Origin: a virus
Lineage: Duplodnaviria > Caudoviricetes
Strand: one strand, 5' to 3'
IMG/VR virus record: IMGVR_UViG_3300046508_000105
Coordinates: 1-42,373 of that record
DNA length: 42,373 nt
Of this stretch, positions 27,621 to 38,461 are shown piece after piece (the stretch's first letter is position 1; every line of letters starts with the position of its first letter). The position numbers were made by a program, and so were the translations under genes. The notes below the pieces were generated by a model. The model was given only the letters and a program-made list of their open reading frames with translations, was not told where the DNA came from and did not search any database.

Positions 27621-30573
27621 CAACAAAATACAGCTCATCATCGAGGCGTACGACAAGTCGAAAGACGCCTTTTCCTCCCTGGAAAAGGCGATTCAAAACG
27701 CGAAAACCTCCTCCCAGGGCGCTACGGCCGATATGAACAAGGGCTTCGGCAACGTCCACTCCGGGATCGAATCACTGAAGCAGAACTGGATGGCCTTTTC
27801 CGCCGCCGCAGTGGCCGCCTGGATGGCCATTCAGAAGGCGATGGAATATGTTGAGCAGGGCGCAAAGGCAATGCAGGCCGAAGATGCCTTCAAGAAAACC
27901 GCTGACAGTCTGGACGTCAACGCCGACCAGATGCTGTCCGCCATGAAGAAGGCCTCCGCCGGGACCATCGATGAATCCCACCTGATGCAGAAGGCCATCA
28001 AAGCGATGGCCCAGGACGTGGATCCCAACAAGATTCCGCAACTGTTCGAAGCCGCCCGTGTCGGCGCCGTTAAATCCGGCGAAGACATTACCAACGTGGC
28101 CGATGCGCTGATTGACGCCATCGCGAACCAGATGCCCCGCGGCCTGCGCCGGTTCGGCCTGGTCACCAAAGACGAATTCAATACCTTCAACAAAGCCGTC
28201 GCCTCCGGCGCGGAAAACCTCAACATCCTCGATCTGGTGCTGAACAATGCAAAAATACAAGCGGCCAAAATGGGCGTTGAAACCTACAATGCCGCCATCG
28301 CCGTCCAGAGATTCAAGGCCGAAGTGGCGGAACTGAAAGAAGAGCTCGGGAAGGGCATTATCGTAGCGCTCGAAAAGCTGTGGGATCTTCTGAAAGTGTC
28401 GGCTGCCGGCTGGCTTGCAATGGCTGCCGGAATGCGGGCCGTACAAGCGGCAAAACTGGAATTATCGAGCAATCAGGCAAAAAATCAATATGAACTTTTT
28501 GGCGCAGCATCGACGCCCGATGCACGCAATAAAATGTTCGCCGATTGGCAGAACAAGAAATATCTGGCGGATCAGGCCTGGAGCCAGCAGGAAGCGTTAA
28601 TGTCACAAGCCAGAACGATGGGCAGGGCGGGATTGAAGGATCTGGGTATGCTGCCGTCAGGCATTCCGACGCCGATGATTGAAGGTCAAGTCGATAGTCA
28701 GGCAAAACTTGACGCCGATGCCGCCAAGGCGAAAGCCGACAATGAGAAGCTCATGGCCGAATGGAAGAAACTGGGCATGAGCAAGTCTTTCATCGAAACC
28801 CAGCGTGGTCTCCTGCAGGCCGATATTCAGGGGATCAAGAGCGGCCTGGATGTGGCGAAGGAAGGTTACAAACTTCAGGACGCGATGGCCGAGGAACATT
28901 TCAAGGACGGCCTGGACGCGGAAAGCACCTATATCACCGAAAAGCAGCGCCTGGAAAGGGTTGCGCTGACGGATACCCTTGACGCCCTGGAAAAGGAAAA
29001 AAAGGCCACGCAGAGTCGCTATGGGGCCATGATCGGCGCCGTGAATCCCGGTTCCAACCAGGACGAGGAACGCAACAAGCTCGCCGCGGAGCGGAAGAAG
29101 GAAATGCTCCGGATCGACGGCGAAATCGCCAAGACCCGGATCGATCTCGCGATTGCCGAGAAGAAAAACGATATCGATGCCATCGAGCGCAGGCAAAAGA
29201 TGGCCGACGTCATGCGCGAAGGGGAGTTGAGCCTCCTCCAGCAGTTGGTGACATTGCGCACGCAGTTGAACGGCCTGCAGGTCGAACGCGGCGGCATGAC
29301 GGAATCGGCGGCAACGGCAGCGGAACTCGCCGGCAACCGGGAGATCCTGGAGTTGCAGCGGCAGCAGACCGAAGAAAAGATCGTCGCCGGCGGCCTGATG
29401 GATGACGAAGACGCCAAACTGAAAAACCAGTTGTCTCTGCTCGATGATCTGCTCGGCAGCGAGAAGTTTATAACCGCCGAGAAGCTGAAACAGCAGCAGT
29501 CCGACGAAAAGACCCTGGAGACAGGCCGTCAGCACCTGGTGGATACCTACAAGCTGCGGGAGGAGCTGGCAAAGACCACGGGCGATTACCAGATGATGTA
29601 TGACATGCAGAAGCGCACGCTGGAGATCGAACGCGCCCGCGCCCTGCTGAAAGCCGAAAAAAACCCGGACAAGACCGAGGCATCGCTTGAAACCGACGCC
29701 GCCAACAAATATTACGATGAGCAGACGGCCCGGATCGAAGACATGAAAACGCCTCTCGGCTCGTTAAAGAGAGGCTTCGGAGATCTCGCGGTCAAATGGA
29801 AGGATACTTCCCAGCAGATGTACGACACGGCGCAAAGCACCGCCAACGCCATGCAGCAGTCCTTTTCCAATATTTTCTTTGATTCCATGACGGGGAAGCT
29901 CCAATCCGCCGGAGACTATTTTAAAGCCTTCTTTGAGACTATCCTCCGCACGCTGACCAACGTGGCCAGCGAGATGATCGTCAAATGGCTGCTGGTGCAA
30001 GCCGGGTCGCTCTCCGCTACAAGCAGCGCCGTCGAGGGAATCGCCGCCGAAAGCATTGCCGTGAAAGGGTTGATCGCTGATTATATTGCGCTGGCGGCGG
30101 CAAAAGCATCCGCCGGCGCCGGCGGTATAGTGACGAATCTGATCAGCGGATTCGGAGGAAAGGGGACGCCAGCCGCATCCACGGGGACTGCGGCGGAAGG
30201 CGCCTCTGACCTGGTCAATATCATCGGGACCGTCGGGCATTCCGGCGGCATCGTCAAGGATATCCGTTCTTTCCGGATCGTCCCTTCCTTCGCCTTTGCC
30301 GGGGCCCCGCGCTATCATACCGGAATCGGACCGAATGAACGGGCCGGTATCTTTAAAAACGACGAAGGCATCTTCACCGCCGGACAGATGAAGGCCCTGG
30401 GGGGAGCGCTCAACCGGGAGACGCCGGCGCCGGTGGTCAAACTCGATATCGCCAACATCGTGTCGCCGGATCTGCTGGATGCCTATCTGGCCACCGGGCG
30501 CGGGCAAAACGCCATGTTGAACCTCATCTCCAGCAAATCCGGAACCATCCGGAGAATCTTGGGGAAGACGTAG
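27613..30573 (+). CDS. Tail tape measure protein
   Basis: 986 aa, Ala/Glu/Lys-rich helical; NKIQLIIEAYD N-terminus; GHSGGIV...PRYHTG..ERAGIFKNDE C-terminal motif. Confidence 0.92.
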   Translation: MPDNKIQLIIEAYDKSKDAFSSLEKAIQNAKTSSQGATADMNKGFGNVHSGIESLKQNWMAFSAAAVAAWMAIQKAMEYVEQGAKAMQAEDAFKKTADSLDVNADQMLSAMKKASAGTIDESHLMQKAIKAMAQDVDPNKIPQLFEAARVGAVKSGEDITNVADALIDAIANQMPRGLRRFGLVTKDEFNTFNKAVASGAENLNILDLVLNNAKIQAAKMGVETYNAAIAVQRFKAEVAELKEELGKGIIVALEKLWDLLKVSAAGWLAMAAGMRAVQAAKLELSSNQAKNQYELFGAASTPDARNKMFADWQNKKYLADQAWSQQEALMSQARTMGRAGLKDLGMLPSGIPTPMIEGQVDSQAKLDADAAKAKADNEKLMAEWKKLGMSKSFIETQRGLLQADIQGIKSGLDVAKEGYKLQDAMAEEHFKDGLDAESTYITEKQRLERVALTDTLDALEKEKKATQSRYGAMIGAVNPGSNQDEERNKLAAERKKEMLRIDGEIAKTRIDLAIAEKKNDIDAIERRQKMADVMREGELSLLQQLVTLRTQLNGLQVERGGMTESAATAAELAGNREILELQRQQTEEKIVAGGLMDDEDAKLKNQLSLLDDLLGSEKFITAEKLKQQQSDEKTLETGRQHLVDTYKLREELAKTTGDYQMMYDMQKRTLEIERARALLKAEKNPDKTEASLETDAANKYYDEQTARIEDMKTPLGSLKRGFGDLAVKWKDTSQQMYDTAQSTANAMQQSFSNIFFDSMTGKLQSAGDYFKAFFETILRTLTNVASEMIVKWLLVQAGSLSATSSAVEGIAAESIAVKGLIADYIALAAAKASAGAGGIVTNLISGFGGKGTPAASTGTAAEGASDLVNIIGTVGHSGGIVKDIRSFRIVPSFAFAGAPRYHTGIGPNERAGIFKNDEGIFTAGQMKALGGALNRETPAPVVKLDIANIVSPDLLDAYLATGRGQNAMLNLISSKSGTIRRILGKT

Positions 30574-30574
30574 C

Positions 30575-31783
30575 ATGGCCGACGTCTATCTCACGATGGA
30601 GCCGAAAACACAGCAAGTCGCCCACCAGTGGCGGACATCCATCCAGAAAACCGTCCTGGGCAGGGAGAAGCGCTCGGCGCTGTTTACCTGGCCCCGGATC
30701 GCTTTGCGCCATACCTTTACGCCTTCCGGCAGCCGGGAAATCAACTGGCTGAAACGCAAGCTCCTCCGGTATGCGGACGCAATCTGGGGGATCCCCGTCT
30801 GGCCCGACAAGACCCTCCTCACCGCACAGGCCGCCTCCGGACAGAAGGTCCTCGCCGTCGCCGCCACGGGCACCCGGCATTTCTACGCCGGCCGCGAGTG
30901 CGTGATCATCGACCCGTTAGACCCCTTTGAATACGAAATCGGCGCCATAAATATCCTCGCCTCCGCTCAGATCACATTAGTCGCCAACCTGGCCGCTGCG
31001 TGGCCGGCGGGATCCTGGGTGCTGCCGTTATATGAATGCCGTATCGCTGCCGATCAGGAGGTCACCGGAAGGGCCATGCGACGCCAGGAAATCGACCTGG
31101 AAGCCACGGAAGCTTATGAAACGCAACGTACCTTCACCTATGCGCTGCCGGCGTCCGGAGCGCCCGCCTACGGCGATATCGACCTGTTTCTGAATCCGGT
31201 CAAGAATCCTATTACCCATAGATATGGCCGGCCCTATGATCTGCTGCAATTTCTGGGGATCGGGTATGCGGCGTCCCGCTATGACGCCGGAGACAATACT
31301 TTCGGCATGAAAACAACGATGGTCCGTCCCACCCGTGCGGCGATCTGGGAGACGCTGAATTTCTTCGACGCCTGCCAGGGCCGTTTGCAGATGTTCTGGA
31401 TGCCGTCCTGGAGCCGGGATATTGTCATGACACAGGCCATTTTGTCCACGGATACGGTCCTGAATATCGAGGACATCGAATATTCCAGCCATTACCTGCC
31501 GAACGAGGTCATCGGCCGCTACGTATTCATCCGTTTTCCGGATAAAACATACGCCTGCCGGCAGATCGTCGACGCCGGCGCCGCCACCGTCACGCTGGAC
31601 GGCGAAATCGGCACGGCGGTTGCGGCCGAGCAGCTCGAAAATCTCCTGATCTGTTTTCTCAATCTGTCCCGGTTCGACCTTGACGAGCTGGCGGTCGACT
31701 ATCCCATCGGCGGCGGTGATTTCGGTCAGATTGACCTGAGCGTCATGGGGCTGGCCGGGGAGACCGTAGAGGAAGAAACATGA
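30575..31783 (+). CDS. Distal tail protein-like
   Basis: Follows the TMP; GREKRSAL, WGIPVW, CQGRLQMFWMPSW motifs seen in siphophage tail proteins. Confidence 0.65.
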   Translation: MADVYLTMEPKTQQVAHQWRTSIQKTVLGREKRSALFTWPRIALRHTFTPSGSREINWLKRKLLRYADAIWGIPVWPDKTLLTAQAASGQKVLAVAATGTRHFYAGRECVIIDPLDPFEYEIGAINILASAQITLVANLAAAWPAGSWVLPLYECRIAADQEVTGRAMRRQEIDLEATEAYETQRTFTYALPASGAPAYGDIDLFLNPVKNPITHRYGRPYDLLQFLGIGYAASRYDAGDNTFGMKTTMVRPTRAAIWETLNFFDACQGRLQMFWMPSWSRDIVMTQAILSTDTVLNIEDIEYSSHYLPNEVIGRYVFIRFPDKTYACRQIVDAGAATVTLDGEIGTAVAAEQLENLLICFLNLSRFDLDELAVDYPIGGGDFGQIDLSVMGLAGETVEEET

Positions 31784-32841
31784 AAGACGCGTCGGAAACC
31801 TACATCGGCAAAGAAGAAGCCTCCGTCCGCAAACCGCTGGAACTCTACAAGATCTGGAGCGGCGCAACCTACTGGTATTACACCAACGGCGACGTGGCCG
31901 TGAATTTCGACGACGGAACCGAGGAAGTTCCCGATATCCATACCTATACACCGGCCACGATCGGCCGGGGGAGCACGGAATACAACTCCACGCTGGACGT
32001 CAACCTCCTGAAGGTCCAGCTTGCCGGGATCTCTGCGCCCGTCGTGCAATATGTCGCCCAGAACCCGATTGACATTGTCTGGATCGAAGTGTCCCGGCTG
32101 TTCCGCGACCAGGATCCTCAGGAGAAATCCGTCATCTTCATCGGGCAGATCAAGACCGTATCTTTCAAAGGGATTTCCGCGGAGGCCGAATGCGTGGGAT
32201 TTGAACATTTTCTGAAAAGGCAGATTCCGCGGTGGAGATTCCAGATAAACTGCAATCATCAGGTATTTGACGACTATTGCATATTGGATGCAGACGATTA
32301 TGGCATATCGGCCATAGTTACCCTTGATGCAACCAAGACAATCCTTACGAGTGCGACTTTCGACGCTTCTGACGACGGCTACTTTACGGGCGGCCTTTGT
32401 GTCCTTTATGAACTGATGACCCTTGATGTTGCCCCAGGCGGGGCAGGCTGGGCGGCGGGTGACACGATCACCGGACAGACCTCCACGAAGATTTGTAAAA
32501 TTGTCAAAAAACTGACCACAACGACCTATCTCGTTAAAGATAGGACAGGCACGTTCACTCTGGGTGAGATTATTACAAATGGAACGGCAACGGCGGATCA
32601 GGGCGCATCACGTCCGACATTTGCGCCGACTGGAGAGGAACGCCGGACAATAACAGCGCACACAGGATCAGTCATTACCCTTAACTATAAAATGGTTAAT
32701 CTGGCAGACAATAATACGGTTATGGTTTATCCCGGCTGTGACGGCCGGATTGAGACCTGCCGGGACAAATTCGATAATCTCATTCATTTTTTGGGGTTTC
32801 CGTTTATCCCCGATGAAAATCCGGCGACGAGGATTCCCTGA
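31780..32841 (+). CDS. DUF2163 / BR0599-family tail hub protein
   Basis: PLELY...WYYTN, CNHQVFDDYC, C-terminal YPGCDGRIETCRDKFDNLIHFLGFPFIP. Confidence 0.9.
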   Translation: MKDASETYIGKEEASVRKPLELYKIWSGATYWYYTNGDVAVNFDDGTEEVPDIHTYTPATIGRGSTEYNSTLDVNLLKVQLAGISAPVVQYVAQNPIDIVWIEVSRLFRDQDPQEKSVIFIGQIKTVSFKGISAEAECVGFEHFLKRQIPRWRFQINCNHQVFDDYCILDADDYGISAIVTLDATKTILTSATFDASDDGYFTGGLCVLYELMTLDVAPGGAGWAAGDTITGQTSTKICKIVKKLTTTTYLVKDRTGTFTLGEIITNGTATADQGASRPTFAPTGEERRTITAHTGSVITLNYKMVNLADNNTVMVYPGCDGRIETCRDKFDNLIHFLGFPFIPDENPATRIP

Positions 32842-33293
32842 TGGCAAATTATTTTGATGATCCGGAAAAACAGTTAGAGCTCAAACGGATACTGGACGAA
32901 TGGATGGGCACCCCCTTCCGGCACCACTGCGGCGTGAAGAAGCTGGGTTGCGACTGCATCCATTTTGTCGCCCGGGTATTTGAGGAAATGGGGGTGCTCC
33001 GGTGGCGAAAGAACCTCGTCCCGGACTATCCGCGGGACTGGCACCTGCATAATACGCGGGAGTTGCTACTGGAACGGCTGGTGAAAGAATTAAATGTCAT
33101 CCCCGCGGATCTCAACCACCCGATGAATGGCGATATCCTGCTGTCCCACTATGGCAAGGCGTCCTCGCACGCCGCTATCTATTGTGACGGGTATATCTAT
33201 CAATCGGTGGACGGCATCGGGGTCTGCAAAATCAACTTTTCCGACGCCACATTCCGGCGGCAGATGAAATATGCATTCAGGGTGATCACATGA
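32841..33293 (+). CDS. NlpC/P60 tail-associated peptidase
   Basis: WMGTPFRH...GCDCIHF...GDILL...SHAAIY. Confidence 0.9.
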   Translation: MANYFDDPEKQLELKRILDEWMGTPFRHHCGVKKLGCDCIHFVARVFEEMGVLRWRKNLVPDYPRDWHLHNTRELLLERLVKELNVIPADLNHPMNGDILLSHYGKASSHAAIYCDGYIYQSVDGIGVCKINFSDATFRRQMKYAFRVIT

Positions 33294-36200
33294 GTATCAC
33301 CGGCGCATTAAGCGGTGGGATAAGCGGCGCCATCATCGGCTGGACGTGGGGGCCGTGGGGGGCAGTGATCGGCTTTGTGGTCGGCGCCGTAGTCGGCGGC
33401 GTGGCCGGAGAGTTGATGAAACCGGGACAACCTGCGCTGGGAGCTCCTCCCGGGTTGCAGGCATTCTCCTATCCAAGCAATACCATCGGCGATCCCATCC
33501 CCGATGTGCTGGGCACGACAAAACTGGTCGGGAACCTGCTTTATTTTGGCGGGGAGCGGAACGTGGCGGTTACGCAGGAGGTAGGCGGCGGCGGCGGCAA
33601 GGGCGGCGGCCCTTCCAAACAGACGCAAGTGACGGGGTATAAATACTACATGTCCTGGGCGATCGGGTTGTGTATAGGGCCGGTGGACGAACTCCTGACG
33701 GTTTTCCGCAATGAGGACACGGTATGGTCCGGCAATCTGTTGCGTCCGGTATCCGGCGGTCAGGAGACGATCGTTATCCCTGACATGGGAAGTATGGCGT
33801 TCTTTTTCGGGACGGACGATCAGGCGGCGGACTTTCACTTCTTAGTAGGGCCCCCCGTGTTCGACCCTTCCGTATTTATCGATGCAGGAATGATGTATGT
33901 AGCCGACCCCAGTATCGCCGTTGAGACGCCTCCGGTCGATTATCATCTCACCAGCCGCGGCCTCTGCTGGGTATTTTTCCAGGATTGCTATATCGGCGAC
34001 TACAACCGCATGCCGACGATGCGGTTTGTCCTGCGCAAGACGCCGGCCATCGCGTTTTCCCCACATCATGTCGTCCAGGCGCTGGATTACAACCCCGCCC
34101 ATGCCTTGTGGTACATTCTGCATGACATGATCGGGCTGCCGGAGGCCTGGCTCCATGAGGGAGATTTTGCCGCCGTCGCCGCGACGCTGGCGGGCGAGGG
34201 TAGAGGCATCAGTATGTGTTTCAGCACTCAGCAGAGCGCTCTGGATTACCTGACAAATATCAATGGCCACGTCGATGTGATCCTGAGATACGGCAGCGAC
34301 GGCAAATTCCACCCGAAGCTGATCCGCGACGACACGCCGGAATATCTCCCACTGATCGACGAAAACGCCATTCTGGACGATCCCACCTTCAGCCGAAAAA
34401 GCTGGATCGATACCATTAATGAATTGAAGGTGCAATATTCAGAGGTCACCCTCCCCCGTCTGGGAGGTGAAGTCTGGACCATCGACGGCGTTCCGTGGAC
34501 GGGAACGATTAAAACTGTCGGCGTAGGCAAGGATTACAGTACAATCGATGCCGCCCGCGATTCACAAACAGATCCATGCCTGTTTCTTATTGATCCGGGA
34601 ATTTATACCGTCTATTATGAGCCATTCCACCACGATGCGTATATTCGGGGGCTTGGAGATTCTCCTTCTGATATCGTATATATGTCTCCATATCCAGGAG
34701 ATACTGTTCTTACGACGGGTTGTCCAGGAATGATAATGTATGTGGAGAATATATCTGCATACACGGTGGGAAACACCCTCATGCGATATGCCGCACTGTT
34801 TGCCAACTTAGCCTCGAAGATAGTCGTGAACAAATGTATTCTGGGGTACTCCGGATACCAGGAGGGCACTAACCACGCACTGATGGATGATCAGTCCACG
34901 AATGGGGGATCGCCGATAGAGGTTTGCTTTACGCAACTGATTAAGCCCAGCGGCACGACCGTTATGGGGCTGAACAAGTCAAAGGTAACTCTCACGAAGG
35001 TGTCCTATACAGGCGGGTGGAGCGAATCATACTGTGTTGGCACTTATATTTCAGATGACAAGGCTGCTGACGGGACAGAGGGGTATGGCCCAGCTTATGG
35101 GGATTTCAGAATCAAATATGTGGGGACGGTAGCGGGAGTCGGAAACGATATAAAACAATCCACGGCGGACCCGGTCGCGATCGATATCGGAAACAAGGAA
35201 ATTCAGGGCATGGTTGTCTCCCAGACCATTCAAATGGCGCTGTTCACCACGAATAGTAACGCTGTCTGGGCGGGGAGGCAGAATCTCCTGAAATTGTCCT
35301 ACCCGTTCGCCGCGGTCAGCATCCCGGTTAACCGGAATGCATTCCGGCTGGAAGTGGGGGACTGCTTCAAATTCTCCTACGCCCGCTACGGCGTGTCAAA
35401 CATGATCTGCCGCGTCCTGCAGATCGCGGAGGAAGGGCCGGAGTCCGAGGCCATCACCTTCCAGGCGACGGAGGACTTCTTTTCGGGCGCGAGCCGCATC
35501 ACCGAGTATTCTGCTCCCACCGGCCACGGCATTCCCGCTGTGGATTATACGGTACTTCCGTTCACCCATCAGGAAATCATCGAGGCCCCCTATGCCCTCT
35601 CTCCGGAGATCCAACTTCTCCCCATCGCGTGCCGGGCATCGGTGAGGGACCTCGGCTTCGAGGTGTACATGAGCCTGGACGGAGGGGCTTCCTATCTCTT
35701 CATGAAGCGGGTCTCAAACCTGCAGCCCTTCGGAACGCTCGTGGGGGCATACCCGGCGGACGCCATCGCCATCGATGACGAGGTTGGTTTTACGATCGAT
35801 TTCGTGCAGGGGGCGGGGACGATCGAAACCGCCTCCTGGAACGAGGTCTTCGCCGGGCTCAGGAACGTTGCCCTGCTCGGCGACGAGATCATCTCCTTTC
35901 AGTCCATCACGCCTGTGTCGGGCACGCAGTATAAGCTGGAAGGGATCATCCGGGGCCGTTACGATACACAAAAGCAGGATCACGCGGAAGGGACGGAATT
36001 CTATGCGCTTACACCTGCCTCAATGGGGTTGATCAATGGTAGTGAAATAATGACCGGGGCGGCACGGAAATTCAAGTTTGTACCATATAACATCAAGGCG
36101 TCGGGGGCCATCGCCGAGGCCACGGCCCTCGATCTCACCATCGCCGGGCGTGCGTTGACGCCTTATCTCCCCGCGAACCTCATGGCCAACGGCAGCGGAT

Positions 36201-36523
36201 TCGCCGCCCGTTATGATACGGACATCGTCCTGACCTGGTCGCCCCGCTATCGGGGCAAGGGTGCTGGGATCGGCCTGCCAGGGATCGTTCTGCCCGACGT
36301 CGACCGGGAGGGTCTGTTTAGGGTGGAGGTCTATGTGTCCGCGGCCCTCGTGCGCACGACAGATGCCATCGACGCCGCCACCTGGACCTATACGGAGGCG
36401 ATGAACACCGCAGACAATGGATCTCCGGCCGGTAGCGTGACATTTAAGCTCTCTAATTACCGCACTGAAAGCGGCCATACCTATGAATCGGAGCAAACGG
36501 AAGTAACCTGCAGGAAGAATTAG
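33290..36523 (+). CDS. Tail tip / host-specificity protein
   Basis: GDPIPDVLGT, GGGKGG, YNPAHALWYIL, LEVGDCF, LEGIIRGRYDT motifs; contains a lower-GC internal insert. Confidence 0.85.
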   Translation: MSITGALSGGISGAIIGWTWGPWGAVIGFVVGAVVGGVAGELMKPGQPALGAPPGLQAFSYPSNTIGDPIPDVLGTTKLVGNLLYFGGERNVAVTQEVGGGGGKGGGPSKQTQVTGYKYYMSWAIGLCIGPVDELLTVFRNEDTVWSGNLLRPVSGGQETIVIPDMGSMAFFFGTDDQAADFHFLVGPPVFDPSVFIDAGMMYVADPSIAVETPPVDYHLTSRGLCWVFFQDCYIGDYNRMPTMRFVLRKTPAIAFSPHHVVQALDYNPAHALWYILHDMIGLPEAWLHEGDFAAVAATLAGEGRGISMCFSTQQSALDYLTNINGHVDVILRYGSDGKFHPKLIRDDTPEYLPLIDENAILDDPTFSRKSWIDTINELKVQYSEVTLPRLGGEVWTIDGVPWTGTIKTVGVGKDYSTIDAARDSQTDPCLFLIDPGIYTVYYEPFHHDAYIRGLGDSPSDIVYMSPYPGDTVLTTGCPGMIMYVENISAYTVGNTLMRYAALFANLASKIVVNKCILGYSGYQEGTNHALMDDQSTNGGSPIEVCFTQLIKPSGTTVMGLNKSKVTLTKVSYTGGWSESYCVGTYISDDKAADGTEGYGPAYGDFRIKYVGTVAGVGNDIKQSTADPVAIDIGNKEIQGMVVSQTIQMALFTTNSNAVWAGRQNLLKLSYPFAAVSIPVNRNAFRLEVGDCFKFSYARYGVSNMICRVLQIAEEGPESEAITFQATEDFFSGASRITEYSAPTGHGIPAVDYTVLPFTHQEIIEAPYALSPEIQLLPIACRASVRDLGFEVYMSLDGGASYLFMKRVSNLQPFGTLVGAYPADAIAIDDEVGFTIDFVQGAGTIETASWNEVFAGLRNVALLGDEIISFQSITPVSGTQYKLEGIIRGRYDTQKQDHAEGTEFYALTPASMGLINGSEIMTGAARKFKFVPYNIKASGAIAEATALDLTIAGRALTPYLPANLMANGSGFAARYDTDIVLTWSPRYRGKGAGIGLPGIVLPDVDREGLFRVEVYVSAALVRTTDAIDAATWTYTEAMNTADNGSPAGSVTFKLSNYRTESGHTYESEQTEVTCRKN

Positions 36524-36532
36524 GAGGAAATC

Positions 36533-37546
36533 ATGGCCACCGACAAATACGATCTTCATACGATCGACTACTCCGTCCAGGGTTGGGATTCGATCCTGGC
36601 GGCGGACATGGAAAAGCTGGATGAAGTCATCCCCTCCCGCGAAATCGTCCTCCTCGGGGAAACGGTAACCGCGTACAAGGCGGCCTGTTTCAAAGCGGCG
36701 GACAGTAAATGGTACTTAGCGCGGGCAAACGGCACGCTGCAGCCCTGTCACGGCCTCTTTTTAGAGGGGGGGGACGCAGACGACGAGGTCCGGATCCACC
36801 GCATGGGAAAGATTACCAATGCCGGGTGGAGTTGGGCCAACCTGGGCGATCCGATCTACCTGGATCCGGATACGTCAGGCGCTTTAACGCAGACGCCGCC
36901 TGCATCCAATAAACAAGTGATCGGTTATGCGTTGTCAGCCACGTCCATGCTTACAGTGCCCCTTCCACAGACCATCAACGACGGTCATATTATCCAGGAT
37001 GAGAGTACTCCGATGACCGCAAGGGAAAACTTGAAATTTGCGGGAGCGGGGGTCGAAGTGACGGATGATGAAGAAAATGAAGCCACCCTCGTCACTATTC
37101 CAGGCGGCGGCGACAATTTTGACCCGGCCTCTCCCGGCGCAATAGGAGAAACGACTCCCGGCACTATCCAAGGGAAAAATAAGGAAATCTATAAAACTGC
37201 ATCCGCCGATTCTCCCCTGACTGCTCTTCAATGTTCCGGAACAATTGTGTCAAACTATGGGATGACTGACGCTGATTGTATCATTGATCTTCCGACAGCG
37301 GAGGAAGGATTGTCTTTCGTTTGTATTCTCCCGGCTGTTAGGGCAAGGTATTTCCGGCTTCGATGCCCATCTGCACAGGCGGACAAAATCTATCTTCTCG
37401 GCGTTGCTGGTTCTGATGATGGTTATGTCGGTGTAGCCTCTGGATATGCAACAGGAGCGGCGATTTCGATGTTCACATTCAAAGCATCTGATGGTGGATT
37501 TGATTGGTTCGCAATTCCTATTTTCGGGACATGGGTGGCTGGATGA
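36533..37546 (+). CDS. Tail fibre / virion protein with DUF2190-like N-terminal domain
   Basis: AGGAGG RBS; GETVTAYK...GDPIYL...GALTQTPP..QVIG (paralogous to 21608, no signal peptide); NLKFAGAGVEVTDD linker; IDLPTAEEGLSF. Confidence 0.7.
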   Translation: MATDKYDLHTIDYSVQGWDSILAADMEKLDEVIPSREIVLLGETVTAYKAACFKAADSKWYLARANGTLQPCHGLFLEGGDADDEVRIHRMGKITNAGWSWANLGDPIYLDPDTSGALTQTPPASNKQVIGYALSATSMLTVPLPQTINDGHIIQDESTPMTARENLKFAGAGVEVTDDEENEATLVTIPGGGDNFDPASPGAIGETTPGTIQGKNKEIYKTASADSPLTALQCSGTIVSNYGMTDADCIIDLPTAEEGLSFVCILPAVRARYFRLRCPSAQADKIYLLGVAGSDDGYVGVASGYATGAAISMFTFKASDGGFDWFAIPIFGTWVAG

Positions 37547-38118
37547 TAAAACCTTGGATGTTTATACCACAAGCATCTGGTCCGCCAAGTGGGACATTTT
37601 ACCCCGCTGTTAATGCTGATGACTTTGAATGGTATTCAGGAAATTTTTATCCGACTATCGACTGGCTCGGCTTCGGTGCGCACGATCAGTCCTACCATGC
37701 AGGCGTGCGGTTCAAGAACGTCACGATTCCGAAGGGAGCGACAATCACCGCGGCCTACATGATTTTCACTGCATACGACAGCAGGGGAAATGATCCGCAT
37801 TTACATATTTATGCCAACGCTGCTGATAATCCGGAGGACCCGATCAATCAGGCGCAGGCGGGTGGGCTGGCTCTCACGACTGCTTTTTCCGAATGGGACC
37901 CTGCTGCATGGACGGGTGGCTCAGTTTATAATTCTCCGTCTCTCATTACCGTAGTAAAGGAAATTGTTGATCGGGCTGGCTGGTCATCTGGAAACGCCAT
38001 GCTTCTGATAATTAAAAATCAGACTGCCGTCCAAAACGACCATGTGAGAAATGGATGCCAGATAGGATACAGCGGCGGAACAAAAAAGACCGGGTTACAT
38101 GTTGAGTGGACGGCATAA
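37543..38118 (+). CDS. Putative receptor-binding / fibre-associated beta-sandwich protein
   Basis: ATGA overlap; GVRFKNVTIPKGATITAAY...VKEIVDRAGWSSGNAM motif. Confidence 0.6.
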   Translation: MIKPWMFIPQASGPPSGTFYPAVNADDFEWYSGNFYPTIDWLGFGAHDQSYHAGVRFKNVTIPKGATITAAYMIFTAYDSRGNDPHLHIYANAADNPEDPINQAQAGGLALTTAFSEWDPAAWTGGSVYNSPSLITVVKEIVDRAGWSSGNAMLLIIKNQTAVQNDHVRNGCQIGYSGGTKKTGLHVEWTA

Positions 38119-38244
38119 AAAGGAGACGAAAAATGCTGAACGTAGTTGAGGAAAAGAAGTTTCAATACCTGAAAGCCATGTGCCGGGAATTGCTCTTGTG
38201 ATCTACATAGAGGTCTTTGTGGTGATGAGAATAAGGAGATTAAA

Positions 38245-38385
38245 ATGAAAGATTGTCCATTCAAGAATGAAGATTATGAAACCTGTAGATGGAACTTCGG
38301 GCATAACAAATGCGGGATCTTCTCCATCGCCGCGGATATGTCCGTCTGGCAGAGGAGCCGGCGCGAAAGACGCCCGACGGGATAA
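38245..38385 (+). CDS. Small Cys-containing hypothetical protein
   Basis: AAGGAG RBS; MKDCPFKNEDYETCRW...CGIFSIA. Confidence 0.4.
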   Translation: MKDCPFKNEDYETCRWNFGHNKCGIFSIAADMSVWQRSRRERRPTG

Positions 38386-38461
38386 CCCGCTACCATCCGC
38401 CCCACTGGGAATGAGGCAGTTTATAGCAGGGTTACTCCCATAAATCAAAGGGAGGACCATA

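Noticed and set aside
38143-38245. Possible selenocysteine read-through (TGA-AAG-CCA-TGT, UxxC) extending the 38245 ORF
   Set aside because: An in-frame TAG lies shortly upstream, there is no good RBS or evident SECIS, and the downstream ATG has its own RBS.
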